Source of the DNA: Naegleria gruberi
Taxonomy: Eukaryota
DNA length: 64,000 nt
Direction: 5' to 3' (one strand)
Assembly (NCBI GenBank): GCA_000004985.1
Contig: GG738845.1
In this document: piece after piece, positions 47,212 through 58,695 of the stretch
How positions within the stretch are numbered: position 1 is the first letter of the stretch
Layout of the letters: every line of letters begins with the position of its first letter
The notes under the pieces: model-generated
What the model was told of the DNA's origin: nothing
What the model saw: the letters and a program-made list of their open reading frames with translations, nothing else
The model's database searches: none
Program-made: the position numbers and the translations under genes

Positions 47212-50200
47212 ATGTTAAAAAAAATGGCATCTATTCAAATCGGTGGTTTTCTCTTCGATGATGAAAAACCGGAAGCAAAACAACAAACAACTGCGACTTC
47301 GAATAATTTATTAAAAAAGAGAACATTAGATTCCTTCATAAATGATAAGACGAAAAAAGAGATTGAACAAAAAGAAAAACTTTTTCTAGGTGCTTCATCT
47401 TCTTCTGTTAGACAACAGTCAACCGTTCCTGGCGGAATAGCAATGGCAATGAGAAGTAAAAATATTGGGAATGATAAAAAACATCATAATAACAACAATA
47501 ATAATATGCCAAAATCAGTAGAGGAATTAACAAAAGTTTCACAAATTCCTGCCAGAAGAACAAAAACACCAAACGAATCAATTGTTCAAGATGGAAAGGA
47601 GGAATTCTCTGCTGTTATTAATAATGATCTTTTTTGTCCGGAACCACTTTCATCATTTTCTACTCAACTATCACCAATAGTTATTTCTACTCTAACAAAT
47701 CAAATGGGAATTGAAAGGCTAACAAAAATTCAAACAAGAGCACTATCACCAATTTTAGGAAAGTCAAACGTATTGATGAAATCAGAAACAGGCAGTGGTA
47801 AAACATTGGCTTATTTGATTCCATTAATAGAAATGTTATATAGACAATCCTTGGAGAAAAAGATATCACGTGATGATGGCACATTTGCAATAATTTTAGC
47901 TCCAACAAGAGAACTTTGTGTGCAAGTTGATAAAGTTCTAAAAAAGATTACCTCCTCGCTAAATTTTATGGTATGTGGTGGAATTATGGGTGGTGAAAAA
48001 AGAAAGAGTGAGAAGGAGAGATTAAGAAAGGGTGTTAATATCCTAGTTGCAACACCTGGAAGGTTAGAAGATCACTTGAGAAGCACTCAATCATTCAAAT
48101 GTGACAAGGTAAAATACTTAATTTTGGATGAGGCTGATATTTTACTTGATTTTGGATTTGAAGAAAGAGTTAAGAATATTTATCAAATGTTAATTCAGAG
48201 AAAGTTACAAAACCCATTGATATCTCAAAATCAAACTGAAAAGACACTTTCTGAATCTATACAAAAAGTTTTAGTGAGCGCTACTCTCCATTCAAAGATT
48301 CAAACTTTGGCACAACAAATTGACGTTGTAAATGCACTTTACATTGGTCATGGAAGTGATGGAGAATTTATTGAGAAGGTTTTCAATTTAATCACTGACA
48401 AATTGCCTTCAAATATATTTACAATTCCAGCTCACTTGACTCAATATGCTATTATTGTACCTCCTCAATTTAGACTTGTAATGTTGGCTGGATTTTTGAG
48501 ATCAAAGACCATGAGTGAAAGTTTAGAGCAAGAACCAGGAAAAATAATTGTATTTTTATCATGTTGCGACTCTGTTGAATTCCACTATAATTTCTTTAAA
48601 TACTTCCAATCCAAATTTAAATTTATTAAGGAAGTCGTTCAAACAACTCAAAAGAAGCGTACTGGAGCAATGGAAACAGACTATAGCGAAGATGCTTTTA
48701 GACAAATGGTTAAATATGAGACTGACGAGCCACTTATTCACGTTCCATTATTTAAATTGCATGGAGATATTGAACAAAAAGAAAGAACCAATATCTTTAA
48801 ACAATTTAGTGATGCAAAAGAAGGTGTTTTATTTTGTACAGATGTGGCCGCACGTGGTTTGGATTTACCATGTGTAAAATGGATTGTTCAATATGATCCA
48901 CCTGGTAATCCAAAAGAATATTTACATCGTATTGGTAGAACTGCTAGAATGGGTGTTAAAGGACATGCTGTAATGTTCCTTCATCCTCATGAAGAGCTCT
49001 ATAAGAAACTATTGGAAAAGTACAAGTTAACTATTCATGAAATTAAGGGTGAAACATGTTTGGAATCGATTATTCTTTCATTCCGTAGGAAATCGATGAG
49101 AGATCCAATTGAAGCAGCTGCTTGGTTACAAAATATTTTTGAACAAGAATTGGTAAATAGTGGAAAGGAAAATACTGAATTATATTCTTTGGCTGTTAAT
49201 GCCTACTTCAGTTATATCAAATATTACAGTACCCACGGAGGTGATGTCAAGTATATTTTCCATTTGAATAACTTACATTTAGGTCATTTAGCCAAATCTT
49301 TCGCTCTTAAAGATTCTCCTTCAAAGATTAAGGAAAGACAACAGACTCTTGGTGTAAAGCCTCTCTCTGTAAAAAAACAAGAATTGGAAACTGTTTATGC
49401 AATGAAGGACAAATTGGGCAAAAAAGAATTTTTAAGAAGACTGAAAGATATTAGAGGTAGTAGCTCTATCAAGTCTAAAGACAACAAGAGAAAGAGAGAC
49501 GATGAACAAGAAGAAGAGAATAATGAACAAGCTGTAGATGAGTCAACCAAAGATGAGGGATATGAAAGCTTCTCTGATGACGATGATAATGAACAAGAAG
49601 ATATAGGAATGACTGAGAAGAGTAGCAAAAATCCACAACAACCTCCTGTATTGAAACCAAGTACTGGTCCAGTAACTCTGAGGTTCAACAAGAATACAAA
49701 TGGAGGGAATAAGGTAGTTTCATTTGGGAAGCCAAGTAATAGTGATGGCACTGAGGCTTCAACCACTGTTGGTAGCTTCTCTTCTAATTCCATTCCAACC
49801 TCAGGCTCTTCTACAAATAAGACTCAAACAGCCCAAGAAGCAAAACCAAAATTGGCTACGAATAACGGTACTACACCTGCTACAATGGGTGATAACACCT
49901 TGACACCACTTCAATTAAGACAAATGGAATTGAAAAAGAAAAAGTTGACACCAAATGAACGTATGAAGTTGTATCGTGACTATGAAAAGGGTAAAGTACA
50001 ACCATCTCGTCCAAAGATTGTAATTCCAGAAGGATTAAGAAAGAATAAGAAAAAGAATGAAAATGATTCTGGTATGGGTGTATCTTTTGATGAAAGCAAA
50101 GTTATTTCCAAACCAATCACAGAATATGACCAACTTTTAAGTAGATATGCTGGTAATGAAAGTACCAGAACGGGTAGAATGATGATGAGTTCAACCAGCG

Positions 50201-50328
50201 AATTTGATGCCTCTGTTCCAAATTCTAATAGAATGAGGTTGAATCCTGTAGATGATACCCCTAAAAGAAATAATTGGCATGGAAACAAGAAGGGAGGAAA
50301 CAATTATAATAAGAAGAGAAAATATTAA
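47212..50328 (+). CDS. DEAD-box ATP-dependent RNA helicase, DDX31/Dbp7-like nucleolar type, 1038 aa
   Basis: All helicase motifs are present: Q motif, I 'SETGSGKT', Ia 'PTRELCVQ', Ib 'TPGRL', II 'DEAD', III 'SAT', V 'TDVAARGLD', VI 'HRIGRTAR'. There is a long insert between motifs III and IV and a K/E/S-rich C-terminal extension, as in Dbp7/DDX31. Confidence 0.85.
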   Translation: MLKKMASIQIGGFLFDDEKPEAKQQTTATSNNLLKKRTLDSFINDKTKKEIEQKEKLFLGASSSSVRQQSTVPGGIAMAMRSKNIGNDKKHHNNNNNNMPKSVEELTKVSQIPARRTKTPNESIVQDGKEEFSAVINNDLFCPEPLSSFSTQLSPIVISTLTNQMGIERLTKIQTRALSPILGKSNVLMKSETGSGKTLAYLIPLIEMLYRQSLEKKISRDDGTFAIILAPTRELCVQVDKVLKKITSSLNFMVCGGIMGGEKRKSEKERLRKGVNILVATPGRLEDHLRSTQSFKCDKVKYLILDEADILLDFGFEERVKNIYQMLIQRKLQNPLISQNQTEKTLSESIQKVLVSATLHSKIQTLAQQIDVVNALYIGHGSDGEFIEKVFNLITDKLPSNIFTIPAHLTQYAIIVPPQFRLVMLAGFLRSKTMSESLEQEPGKIIVFLSCCDSVEFHYNFFKYFQSKFKFIKEVVQTTQKKRTGAMETDYSEDAFRQMVKYETDEPLIHVPLFKLHGDIEQKERTNIFKQFSDAKEGVLFCTDVAARGLDLPCVKWIVQYDPPGNPKEYLHRIGRTARMGVKGHAVMFLHPHEELYKKLLEKYKLTIHEIKGETCLESIILSFRRKSMRDPIEAAAWLQNIFEQELVNSGKENTELYSLAVNAYFSYIKYYSTHGGDVKYIFHLNNLHLGHLAKSFALKDSPSKIKERQQTLGVKPLSVKKQELETVYAMKDKLGKKEFLRRLKDIRGSSSIKSKDNKRKRDDEQEEENNEQAVDESTKDEGYESFSDDDDNEQEDIGMTEKSSKNPQQPPVLKPSTGPVTLRFNKNTNGGNKVVSFGKPSNSDGTEASTTVGSFSSNSIPTSGSSTNKTQTAQEAKPKLATNNGTTPATMGDNTLTPLQLRQMELKKKKLTPNERMKLYRDYEKGKVQPSRPKIVIPEGLRKNKKKNENDSGMGVSFDESKVISKPITEYDQLLSRYAGNESTRTGRMMMSSTSEFDASVPNSNRMRLNPVDDTPKRNNWHGNKKGGNNYNKKRKY

Positions 50329-50514
50329 ATATCAAATACTAGCATTCGAAAAACAATTTAATTTTGTATTTTAAATGTGCTCGCAAGCTGGTTGTATTTT
50401 AATAATACAAAAAGTTGTCTTCCGGATGTTGCTCGGTAGTTGTCTTCCTCTCATTAATAAAAATTAATTAAAAAAAATACAACATTCATCATCTTCCCTC
50501 TTTTTTAAAATACA

Positions 50515-52252
50515 ATGAGCGGCTTGCAATTGTTGAACCCAAATTCTGATTCTGCTAATATTTCTGAAGCTCGTCTGATAAATATTGCTGCTGCAACTTC
50601 AATTCAAAATCTTCTTAAAACCAATATTGGACCAAGAGGAACATTGAAAATGTATGTAGAAAAGTAGTAATACATTATCCGAATAATAATATTTAATAGG
50701 TTGGTCAGTGGTGCTGGTGATATCAGAATCACAAAGGATGGATCCATTCTTCTCAATGAAATGGTACGTTTTATATTATGAATTGTCATAATTAACTTAT
50801 TTATGTGGTAATTAGCAAATTCAACATCCAACAGCAGCCCTTATCGCTCGTACTGCCACAGCACAGGATGACATAACTGGAGATGGTACAACAACAACAG
50901 TTTTATTAATCGGTGAAATGTTACAACAGGCAAACAGATTCTTGATGGAAGGATTGCACCCATCTGTTCTTATTGAGGGTTTTTATTTGGCTAAAGCCGA
51001 AGCCAGAAAATTCCTCGAAACATACAAGGAAGAAATGAAAGAAAAAATCAAGATTGACCGTGAAGTTTTAATTAGTGTTGCTAGAACTGCTCTCCAAACT
51101 AAATTATATCCAGAACTCGCCAATCAAATGGCTGATATTATTGTTGATGCTATCAAATGTGTTCAAATTGATAATCGACCAATTGACTTATTCATGGTTG
51201 AACTTATGCACATGCAACACAAGATGGATCTTGAAACTAGATATGTCAATGGTTTAGTTTTGGATCATGGTGCTCGTCACCCAGATATGAAACGTGAAGC
51301 TAAGGATTGTTATATTTTAACATGCAACGTTGGTTTGGAATATGAAAAATCTGAAGTTCACTCATCTTTCCAAGTCAACAGTGCCGAAAAGAGAAAACAA
51401 CTTGTCGATGCCGAAAGAAAAGTTGTTGATGATAGAGTTCAAAGAATTATTGATTTAAAGCACCTAGTTTGTGGAGATGATCCATCTAAGAACTTTGTTG
51501 TTATTAATCAAAAAGGTATTGATCCTATCTCTCTTGAAATGTTTGCTAAGGCTGGTATTATTGCTTTGAGAAGAGCAAAGAGAAGAAATATGGAACGTTT
51601 AACTTTGGCCTGTGGTGGTGTTGCTATCAATAGCGTTGAAGAAATGGCACCTGACGTTTTGGGATATGCTGACCATGTTTATGAACAAGTTATTGGTGAA
51701 GAAAAATATACTATTGTTGAAGGTTGCAAGAATCCACACAGTTGTACAATTTTATTCAAGGGACCAAATAAGCACACTATTGCCCAAGTGAAGGATGCAG
51801 TCAGAGATGGTTTGAGAGCTGTCAAGAATGCTATTGAAGATGGTGTTGTCATTCCAGGAGCTGGTGCTTTTGAAATTGCTTTAAGTGCTCATTTATTGAA
51901 ATATGCCGACTCTGTTCAAGGTAGAGTTAAGTTGGGAGTTAAATGTTTTGCTGAAGCTCTTTTGGTTATTCCAAAATCTCTTGCTCAAAATTCTGGTCTA
52001 GATACCCAAGATATCTTGATTAAGCTTCAAGAAAAACACCAAAAGGGACAACCAGCTGGTTTGGAAATTTATTCTGGTGAAGCTATTGATCCAATTCAAG
52101 CAGGTATTTTGGATAACTTTATTGTAAAACAACAAACACTGGAAGCTGCCACATTTACTGCCACTCAACTACTCTATGTTGATGAAATTCTCAAGGCAGG
52201 TAGAGCCCAAAAACCAAAGACAGAAGAACAAGATATGGAAGATTTCGAATAA
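50515..52252 (+). CDS. cct6: T-complex protein 1 (CCT/TRiC) subunit zeta, 545 aa, 3 exons
   Basis: Exons are 50515-50651, 50700-50763 and 50816-52252. Intron 50652-50699 is GTATGT..TAG, phase 2. Intron 50764-50815 is GTACGT..TAG, phase 0. Spliced N-terminus: '...[58 protein letters not shown]' versus human CCT6A '...[58 protein letters not shown]'. The ORF track shows only exon 3. Confidence 0.9.
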
Positions 52253-52449
52253 ATTTAAATAATAAATTATTTTCTCAAACAGCCTGTTTAATGATAGAAA
52301 AACGGAAGAACTAGAAGTAACTTGTTTGAACAATTATGAAGAGATTAGGTAGTGGCACCAAGACATGTTCTGTAATATTTACCAAAAGTTCATAGAGTCG
52401 CATTGCTTAACTCTTGACTGTTTATTGTGCTTCTATCAGGAAAATGGCA

Positions 52450-53551
52450 TTAACTTTCAGCATCCTTAATTCCTTCATTTGAAATTTGATAGATTGCTTC
52501 AGCCTCTGGTAAAGAAGGTGAGTCATAAACCTTGCAAACACGTTGTTCTGCTCTTCCTTTTCTCAAATAAAGTCTAGTGGTACTAGCATGAGCAAGAATA
52601 TTACCTCCAACAGGTTTTTTGGGATCGGCTGTGAACATTGAGGCTCCAGATGGATCAGCTTGTACTTGATTTGTAATAAACACAGCAACATTGAATTCCT
52701 CAGCTAACTTCATCAAACTAGACAAGTATTGACCTAGTTTTTGTTGTCTCTCACTCAACTCTCCTCTTCCACAATAATCTACTCTAAAGAGGGCTGTAAC
52801 ACTGTCAACTATGAGTAATCTGAATGTGTCCTCAGCAAATTTCGAAGTCAATTGAGGCAACAATTGGAGCTGGTGATCGCTGGTGTAGGCTCTTGCAACA
52901 ACAATGTTTGAGAGAACATCTTCACCATTCAAGCCAAACCTTTCTGCAATTGGTCCAATTCTCTCAGGTCTAAACGTCCCTTCCGAGTCAATAACTGCAA
53001 CCTTTCCACTTCCTCCACCTTGAGATCTTGGTAATTGAGCAGTTACGCACAAAGTATGACACATTTGAGTTTTACCAGTTCTAAATTCGCCAAACACTTC
53101 TGTAATTGACATGGTTTCAATCCCACCTCCAAGTAAAGTATCTAAAACGCTTGATCCAGTAGTAATTCTAATAACCTTCTTTCTTTTTCCCATAAAATCA
53201 ATTCCTGAAACGAATCCACTAAAACTAATCTTTGATGTTGCTTCCAAAATCTTGTCAACTTTAGCTTCACTCAACCCCTTGATGGCACACAACTTTTTAC
53301 GTGTTCTCATCATGATTGATTCCACAGTGTAAATTCCAGCCTCCTTCAACTGGTTCATTATGAAAAGGCTTCGTCAATATCAAGATACTTACCTTTTTAA
53401 TATCGGCTGCACCAATTCCAACCTCTTGAAGTTTGTCGATAAGGCTCCAACTTTGCTCATCTGAATCAGCACAAGCCTCGGTTTCTTCTTCTTGATTAGT
53501 TTCTTCTTCTTCCTCTTCAACTTGAGACTCTTTCTGCTTTTGCTTTGCCAT
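52450..53551 (-). CDS. rad51: DNA repair/recombination protein Rad51 (RecA-family strand exchange ATPase), about 352 aa, 2 exons
   Basis: Exon 1 is 53393-53551 (acidic N-terminus ending in the HhH 'GIGAADIKK'). The 43-nt intron 53350-53392 is GTAAGT..CCAG, phase 0. Exon 2 is 52450-53349. Walker A 'GEFRTGKTQ' is present. The C-terminus '[39 protein letters not shown]' matches Rad51 rather than Dmc1. Confidence 0.9.
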
Positions 53552-54112
53552 ATTTTGACTAGTGTTTGGTTTGTTTTTTTTTGAAATGACTATTCTAATC
53601 AGCTACACATCTCTTTAAATAGTCCCAAAATGCGCGTAAAATTACAAAAGATTGTATTCTTTCATTGTGAAAGCCTTACTTCACACAACAAGCCTAAAAT
53701 AATTTCCCTCCAAAATGTTATCACTTTCAATGTTCTCCATTCAAACAGAACAATCTGCCATCCGAGAGTTGCTTGGAAGGTCTATTAATTGTGTCGTCCT
53801 CATTAACCCTAATAATAATTTAATAATTGCTTAAAAAATTATCTTACGAAGTTGCATGCAGTATCTCCTTATTGTTCATATATTTCAAAATATAATGAAT
53901 TATAGATTGGATAACATTAATATTTAAACGTATTTCGTACCATGAAGGTTGATCAACTAGGAACTATGCATTGCTTGTTGCACACAAAATAATTCTATTG
54001 TTTCACACTCTAACAGTGATTTTGAATCACCTTCAATAGATCAGTCAATGTGTTGGAATACTCAAATCTCTCAAATTTCAGTCAACAACTAAATTAAATC
54101 AAGCTCAAAGAA

Positions 54113-54547
54113 ATGATTTACACTGGACAAGAACTGTTTTTAAAGCAATTAAATGAGCCAGCGATATCAGATTTGATCACTAGTAGTAATATTCAAAGGT
54201 GTAAGCCTATGGTTAATTTTAAAGATCTGGAATCATTTATTGGATTAAATGAAAGTTTACAAGATAGATGTGATCCAATTTCTGTTTTCTATGAGCCCTA
54301 CTCTGAAAAACATTTATCCTTTTCATTCCCAATCCCTTATTGTTCTATTCAAGACTCTATCAAAGTTAAGAAAATCACTAATGTAAATGTATCTACCATT
54401 AATTTGAATGCAAGTAATGAAACAACAAACGATCCTAAGAAAACAAGAAAGAATTTAAATATGAAAAATCCATTGCCACCCAACTCCAATTCCATCACTT
54501 TCACGACACGTGTGTTATCCAGAAATCTCCTTCCCCAAACTCAGTAA
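54113..54547 (+). CDS. questionable ORF (144 aa), hypothetical
   Basis: ORF only, no motif recognised, located in the Rad51/Sec16-like intergenic region. Confidence 0.2.
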   Translation: MIYTGQELFLKQLNEPAISDLITSSNIQRCKPMVNFKDLESFIGLNESLQDRCDPISVFYEPYSEKHLSFSFPIPYCSIQDSIKVKKITNVNVSTINLNASNETTNDPKKTRKNLNMKNPLPPNSNSITFTTRVLSRNLLPQTQ

Positions 54548-54760
54548 CTGAGGGGAAAAACATTTTTTTACACTATCAGGACAAACACAATTTACAAACA
54601 CAACAAACAGGTAATGCAGGAACCTTATCAAAATGGAAATATAAATAAAATCTTGAATTAGGATTTACAATTAATACTATTAATAATAAAATATTATTTC
54701 AGATTTTGTAAAGTGTGCTGACGACAATAATTCGTCATCTTTTTTTAAAAAACAAAAAAA

Positions 54761-57700
54761 ATGAGCGAATTATTTGAAACCAGCAATCAAGAAGATGATT
54801 TGTTCGGGAACAGTGGTGAGGACTTCTCATCCTTTTTGCAACAACCACTTTCGAAACCAATAGGACAAAACACGGAGTTGGTTTCTGAAATGCATAGTAT
54901 TTCTTTATCCGATACTGTGGTTAACCACCCAACACACATTGAACAGGAGAATGACCAACAGGAAAACAATGATCAAATCGTGCCTTCTTATGAAACTGTC
55001 AAAGAAGAAAAAGAAGAAGAACCCCATACTACTCTTCAAGATGATGGAAAAGAATTTAATTCCGAACCGGTAAACAATGATTTAGGTTTTAATGGTGAAG
55101 ACGATTTATTCGGTGGATCAACCAGCAATGTACAGGATTTTGGTAGTATGATACTAATGCAACAAACACCTCCGATAGTTGAACCACATATTGCACCCCA
55201 AGAAATTGTTCCTCCAATTGTTCAAACTTATTTAAATCAGGAGAGTGCCATTCAACACCCTGAAAGTACCCATCCTATAATTTCATCTCCAACTATTAAT
55301 ACATCTTTTCCTCCAAATAGCGTTCCAACACTCAATCAATCCATCATTGTAAACAATAGTAGTGGTGCTACATCAAGTACTTTGAGCCCACCTCCTTTGC
55401 GTTCTACAAATAGTACCTCTTCAATTTCTTCCAGAAATAGATATGTGAATAGTTTCGGAACACAATCCAGATCTGCCTTCACTTTACCTGTTTCTAGCCC
55501 ACCAAGTGGTACTCCAACAAACATCAATCCTCAAACTCCTCCTATGGTGAATACTGAAAGAGTTGTTACAAGCACTCCCCCATATGGAAATTTAAGCAGT
55601 AGTTCTGTTATTCCTCAATATCCTCCAGTGGTTAATGCAATTAATTCAACATTGCCTCAACAAGTTCCAACTCCAACAAATGATAATCACTTTGCAAATC
55701 ACTATTCCAACAGCCAAAGCATGATTCCACTTAACAATAGATCTGCTGTTATGGAAGGATACTCTTCATCACCTCCACCTTTCCAAGGTAGACAAACACC
55801 AACCCAATTTGCAACTACAACTAATGGATTGGTAAATAACCCAATGATTAATAATGGACAAATGGTGAATAACTCATTGATGAATCCTGCTACAGTGAAC
55901 AATCAAAATATAAATCATTTGAATGGTAACTCAATGATGAGCCAATCAACTATGAGTAATATGGGGATGAATAATGGACAAATGATGAATAATTATGGAA
56001 TGATGAACTCTACAATTAACAATGCTCATCCAACTAATTTCATGCCTAACAATATGAATAATTCCATGAATATGATGAATCACCCACATTCCAACAGCCC
56101 AATGATGATGAATAACCCAATGAACCAATACATGAACCCAATGATGATGAATAATTCAATGATGCAAAGATCAATGTCTCCAAATTATCAACAAAATCAA
56201 ATAATATCTAGACAAATTTTAGATCAAGAAATTGAGTTACGTAAAACATATCCAAAACCAATATTTTGCTTTTCATTTGGTGGAAAGATTATTACATCTT
56301 TACCTACTATTAATCCACACTCGCAACCATCAAACAGCTTTGTTCACCAACAAAGAAATCAAGCTCTATACTATCAACCAGGATTATTTAAAGTGCAAAA
56401 ATTGAATCAATTAATTAATTATAGGTCCAGTATTATCAAATCATTGGAGGATTATCCAATCACCAATATTTCTCAACAATTTGATGAAAATAATTCAAAC
56501 AACATTAATATTTTGTTGGATCAATTGGTTAAATATATGAACTTGAAAATATATGAAAAGCAACAAGCCCTTATCCAAGATAATGACGAAAAGTGTATGG
56601 GAGAAAAAATGTTATGGGATTTGGTTAAAATTGTAAGCAAATATGTAAATGGCAATGTGAACATGGTAACTAGTGATATTAATTCCCTTCTTACTGTTCT
56701 AATTAATAACGTACCAACTGAATTACCAATTAATTCAGAAAATGAACAAACCTCCTTCAATGAGGCGGAACATGTTGTCAGTATTCAAAATTTGTTAATC
56801 AATGGCCAAATCAAGCAAGCTTGTCAATATGCACAAACCAACAAGATGTGGTCTCACGCTATACTTTTGAGTAGTATGATTGATAAACAGACATATCAAC
56901 AAGTAGTTTCCACTTTTGCCAAATTGACTCTCAACTTGGGTAGCCCACTTCGTACTCTGTATTGTACATTTGCTGGAAAGCCTTTGGAAGCATTTGAATC
57001 AAACAACTCTGTCAATGTTGATCAATATGGAAATCAATATACATTACAAACATCTCAAAACGAGCAACAACAATTAGAGAAAATGTCCTCTCAGTGGCTA
57101 CAAAATTTATCCATAATGTTTAATAATAGACAAGGTGCTACCAGTCAATCAGTAATTGAAAAGATAGGAGATATGTTGTGGAAGGATTGCTATCAAGTCC
57201 CTCAGTCTCACTTTTGTTACATGATAGGTGACTTGAGTGCTATTGTATCAGCATTTACGATAGCATCTAATTATCAAGCTGCAACTTCAAATCAATCATC
57301 CAAGGAAAATATTCAGCAACAATCGCAACAAGCAATGATTGCAATTTCCAATATTCTCTCCACTAGTATTGTAAATAAGAGAGTAATTTTATTAGGTGGT
57401 GATAATAAGAGAGATCTTAGACATTATATTAACGAAGAAACAATTCAATTGTCAGAGATTTTTGAATTACTTAAAGCAATTATCACTAAGAATTGCTTGA
57501 CAGCTGTCCAAGAACAAAATACCCCTCCAATATCAATGATTATTAATTCATCATTGTTAACCTACAAGTTGGTATATGCATACTGCCTTGCTGATTTTGG
57601 ATTCTTGGAAAAGGCAAATGAGTGCTGTGATTATTTGATTGAAATTGTGAAGAGAACTCAGCAATCTATGAAGTTCAATAATTATTTCAAACTCCACCTT

Positions 57701-58633
57701 CAAGAGCTCAAAAATAGAATTATTGAAAGTAATAGACTTAACAATATAGTAGTACCTCAAAGGAAACCAACCTCAGGTGCAGCTAATAATTCAGGGGTAA
57801 CGGGATGGTTCATGAAGGGTTTAGAGAGCATAATCCACGGTGGAGATAGTCCAACAACTCCAGTCGAAAGTACAACTACCCTCATTCAAACCAATACAAT
57901 CAATACCAACTCAATGATACCAAACAATAATATTCCATCCCAACAACAGCCTAATTATCACAATACCATTGGCCAGGGTATTCAAGCAAATCCAATTCGC
58001 TCATCTACACCAACTAATATGATTTCTACTCAGCCTTCTTATCAATCATCTACTCAAACCCCACCACCCTCAACTCACACACCTCAACCACCTTCCTATC
58101 AAGCAACATCTATTCAAACTCCACCACCTTCCAATAATACTCCTCCACCAACCTCCACACCTCCAGTCAACCAAGCAATTAATAATACCTATGCTGAAGA
58201 AGGAAGTGGTGTTGGTGGTTGGTTCAAGAGTTTGTGGGGAGGAGGAAGTAAAGCAAGTAAGAAAGAAGCAAACATTGGCAAGAAGAATGAATTTTATTAC
58301 GATGACATAAAAAAGAGATGGGTAAGAAGAGGTCAAGAGAACGAAGTTGAAGCACAGGTCCAAGCTCCTCCACCATCTCTCTCTGCAATCTCTTCCACAA
58401 CCCTCCAATCTGCTGCCTCACAAATGAGAGGAGGTGCTGGTAGATATGTAAACATGTTCAGTGGCCAACAACCCACAAGTAATCCACCAATGATGTCAAA
58501 TATGCCTCCACCAATGATGGGAAATATGCCTCCAAGTAACCCAATGACGGGAAATATGCCTCCACCTTCCTTTGGTACAATGCCATCATCTAATATTATG
58601 CCTCCATTCTTCAATCCTAACACCAATAATTAG
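54761..58633 (+). CDS. large low-complexity protein (1290 aa), candidate Sec16-like COPII ER-exit-site scaffold
   Basis: The architecture is an acidic N-terminus, then S/T/P/N-rich and Met/Asn-rich disordered regions, then a ~450-aa globular central domain starting with the beta-strand 'PIFCFSFGGKIITSLP' (like the Sec16/Sec31 ACE1 blade that inserts into Sec13) and containing 'WSHAILLSSMIDKQTYQQVVSTFAKL', then a Pro-rich C-terminus with MPPP repeats. The family assignment is from memory of Sec16 central conserved domain features, not a database hit. Confidence 0.4.
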   Translation: MSELFETSNQEDDLFGNSGEDFSSFLQQPLSKPIGQNTELVSEMHSISLSDTVVNHPTHIEQENDQQENNDQIVPSYETVKEEKEEEPHTTLQDDGKEFNSEPVNNDLGFNGEDDLFGGSTSNVQDFGSMILMQQTPPIVEPHIAPQEIVPPIVQTYLNQESAIQHPESTHPIISSPTINTSFPPNSVPTLNQSIIVNNSSGATSSTLSPPPLRSTNSTSSISSRNRYVNSFGTQSRSAFTLPVSSPPSGTPTNINPQTPPMVNTERVVTSTPPYGNLSSSSVIPQYPPVVNAINSTLPQQVPTPTNDNHFANHYSNSQSMIPLNNRSAVMEGYSSSPPPFQGRQTPTQFATTTNGLVNNPMINNGQMVNNSLMNPATVNNQNINHLNGNSMMSQSTMSNMGMNNGQMMNNYGMMNSTINNAHPTNFMPNNMNNSMNMMNHPHSNSPMMMNNPMNQYMNPMMMNNSMMQRSMSPNYQQNQIISRQILDQEIELRKTYPKPIFCFSFGGKIITSLPTINPHSQPSNSFVHQQRNQALYYQPGLFKVQKLNQLINYRSSIIKSLEDYPITNISQQFDENNSNNINILLDQLVKYMNLKIYEKQQALIQDNDEKCMGEKMLWDLVKIVSKYVNGNVNMVTSDINSLLTVLINNVPTELPINSENEQTSFNEAEHVVSIQNLLINGQIKQACQYAQTNKMWSHAILLSSMIDKQTYQQVVSTFAKLTLNLGSPLRTLYCTFAGKPLEAFESNNSVNVDQYGNQYTLQTSQNEQQQLEKMSSQWLQNLSIMFNNRQGATSQSVIEKIGDMLWKDCYQVPQSHFCYMIGDLSAIVSAFTIASNYQAATSNQSSKENIQQQSQQAMIAISNILSTSIVNKRVILLGGDNKRDLRHYINEETIQLSEIFELLKAIITKNCLTAVQEQNTPPISMIINSSLLTYKLVYAYCLADFGFLEKANECCDYLIEIVKRTQQSMKFNNYFKLHLQELKNRIIESNRLNNIVVPQRKPTSGAANNSGVTGWFMKGLESIIHGGDSPTTPVESTTTLIQTNTINTNSMIPNNNIPSQQQPNYHNTIGQGIQANPIRSSTPTNMISTQPSYQSSTQTPPPSTHTPQPPSYQATSIQTPPPSNNTPPPTSTPPVNQAINNTYAEEGSGVGGWFKSLWGGGSKASKKEANIGKKNEFYYDDIKKRWVRRGQENEVEAQVQAPPPSLSAISSTTLQSAASQMRGGAGRYVNMFSGQQPTSNPPMMSNMPPPMMGNMPPSNPMTGNMPPPSFGTMPSSNIMPPFFNPNTNN

Positions 58634-58695
58634 TTGGAATAAAATGCAAAAAATAATTGAATAACAAAACTTCAATCAAAAAAAATACCAGCACA

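Noticed and set aside
58440-58633. Periodic 'aatatgcctcca' repeats that might look like a short CRISPR-like or microsatellite array
   Set aside because: The period is 33-36 nt with degenerate units inside an open reading frame and encodes the (G/S)NMPP protein repeat. There are no spacers or flanking cas genes, and the genome is eukaryotic.
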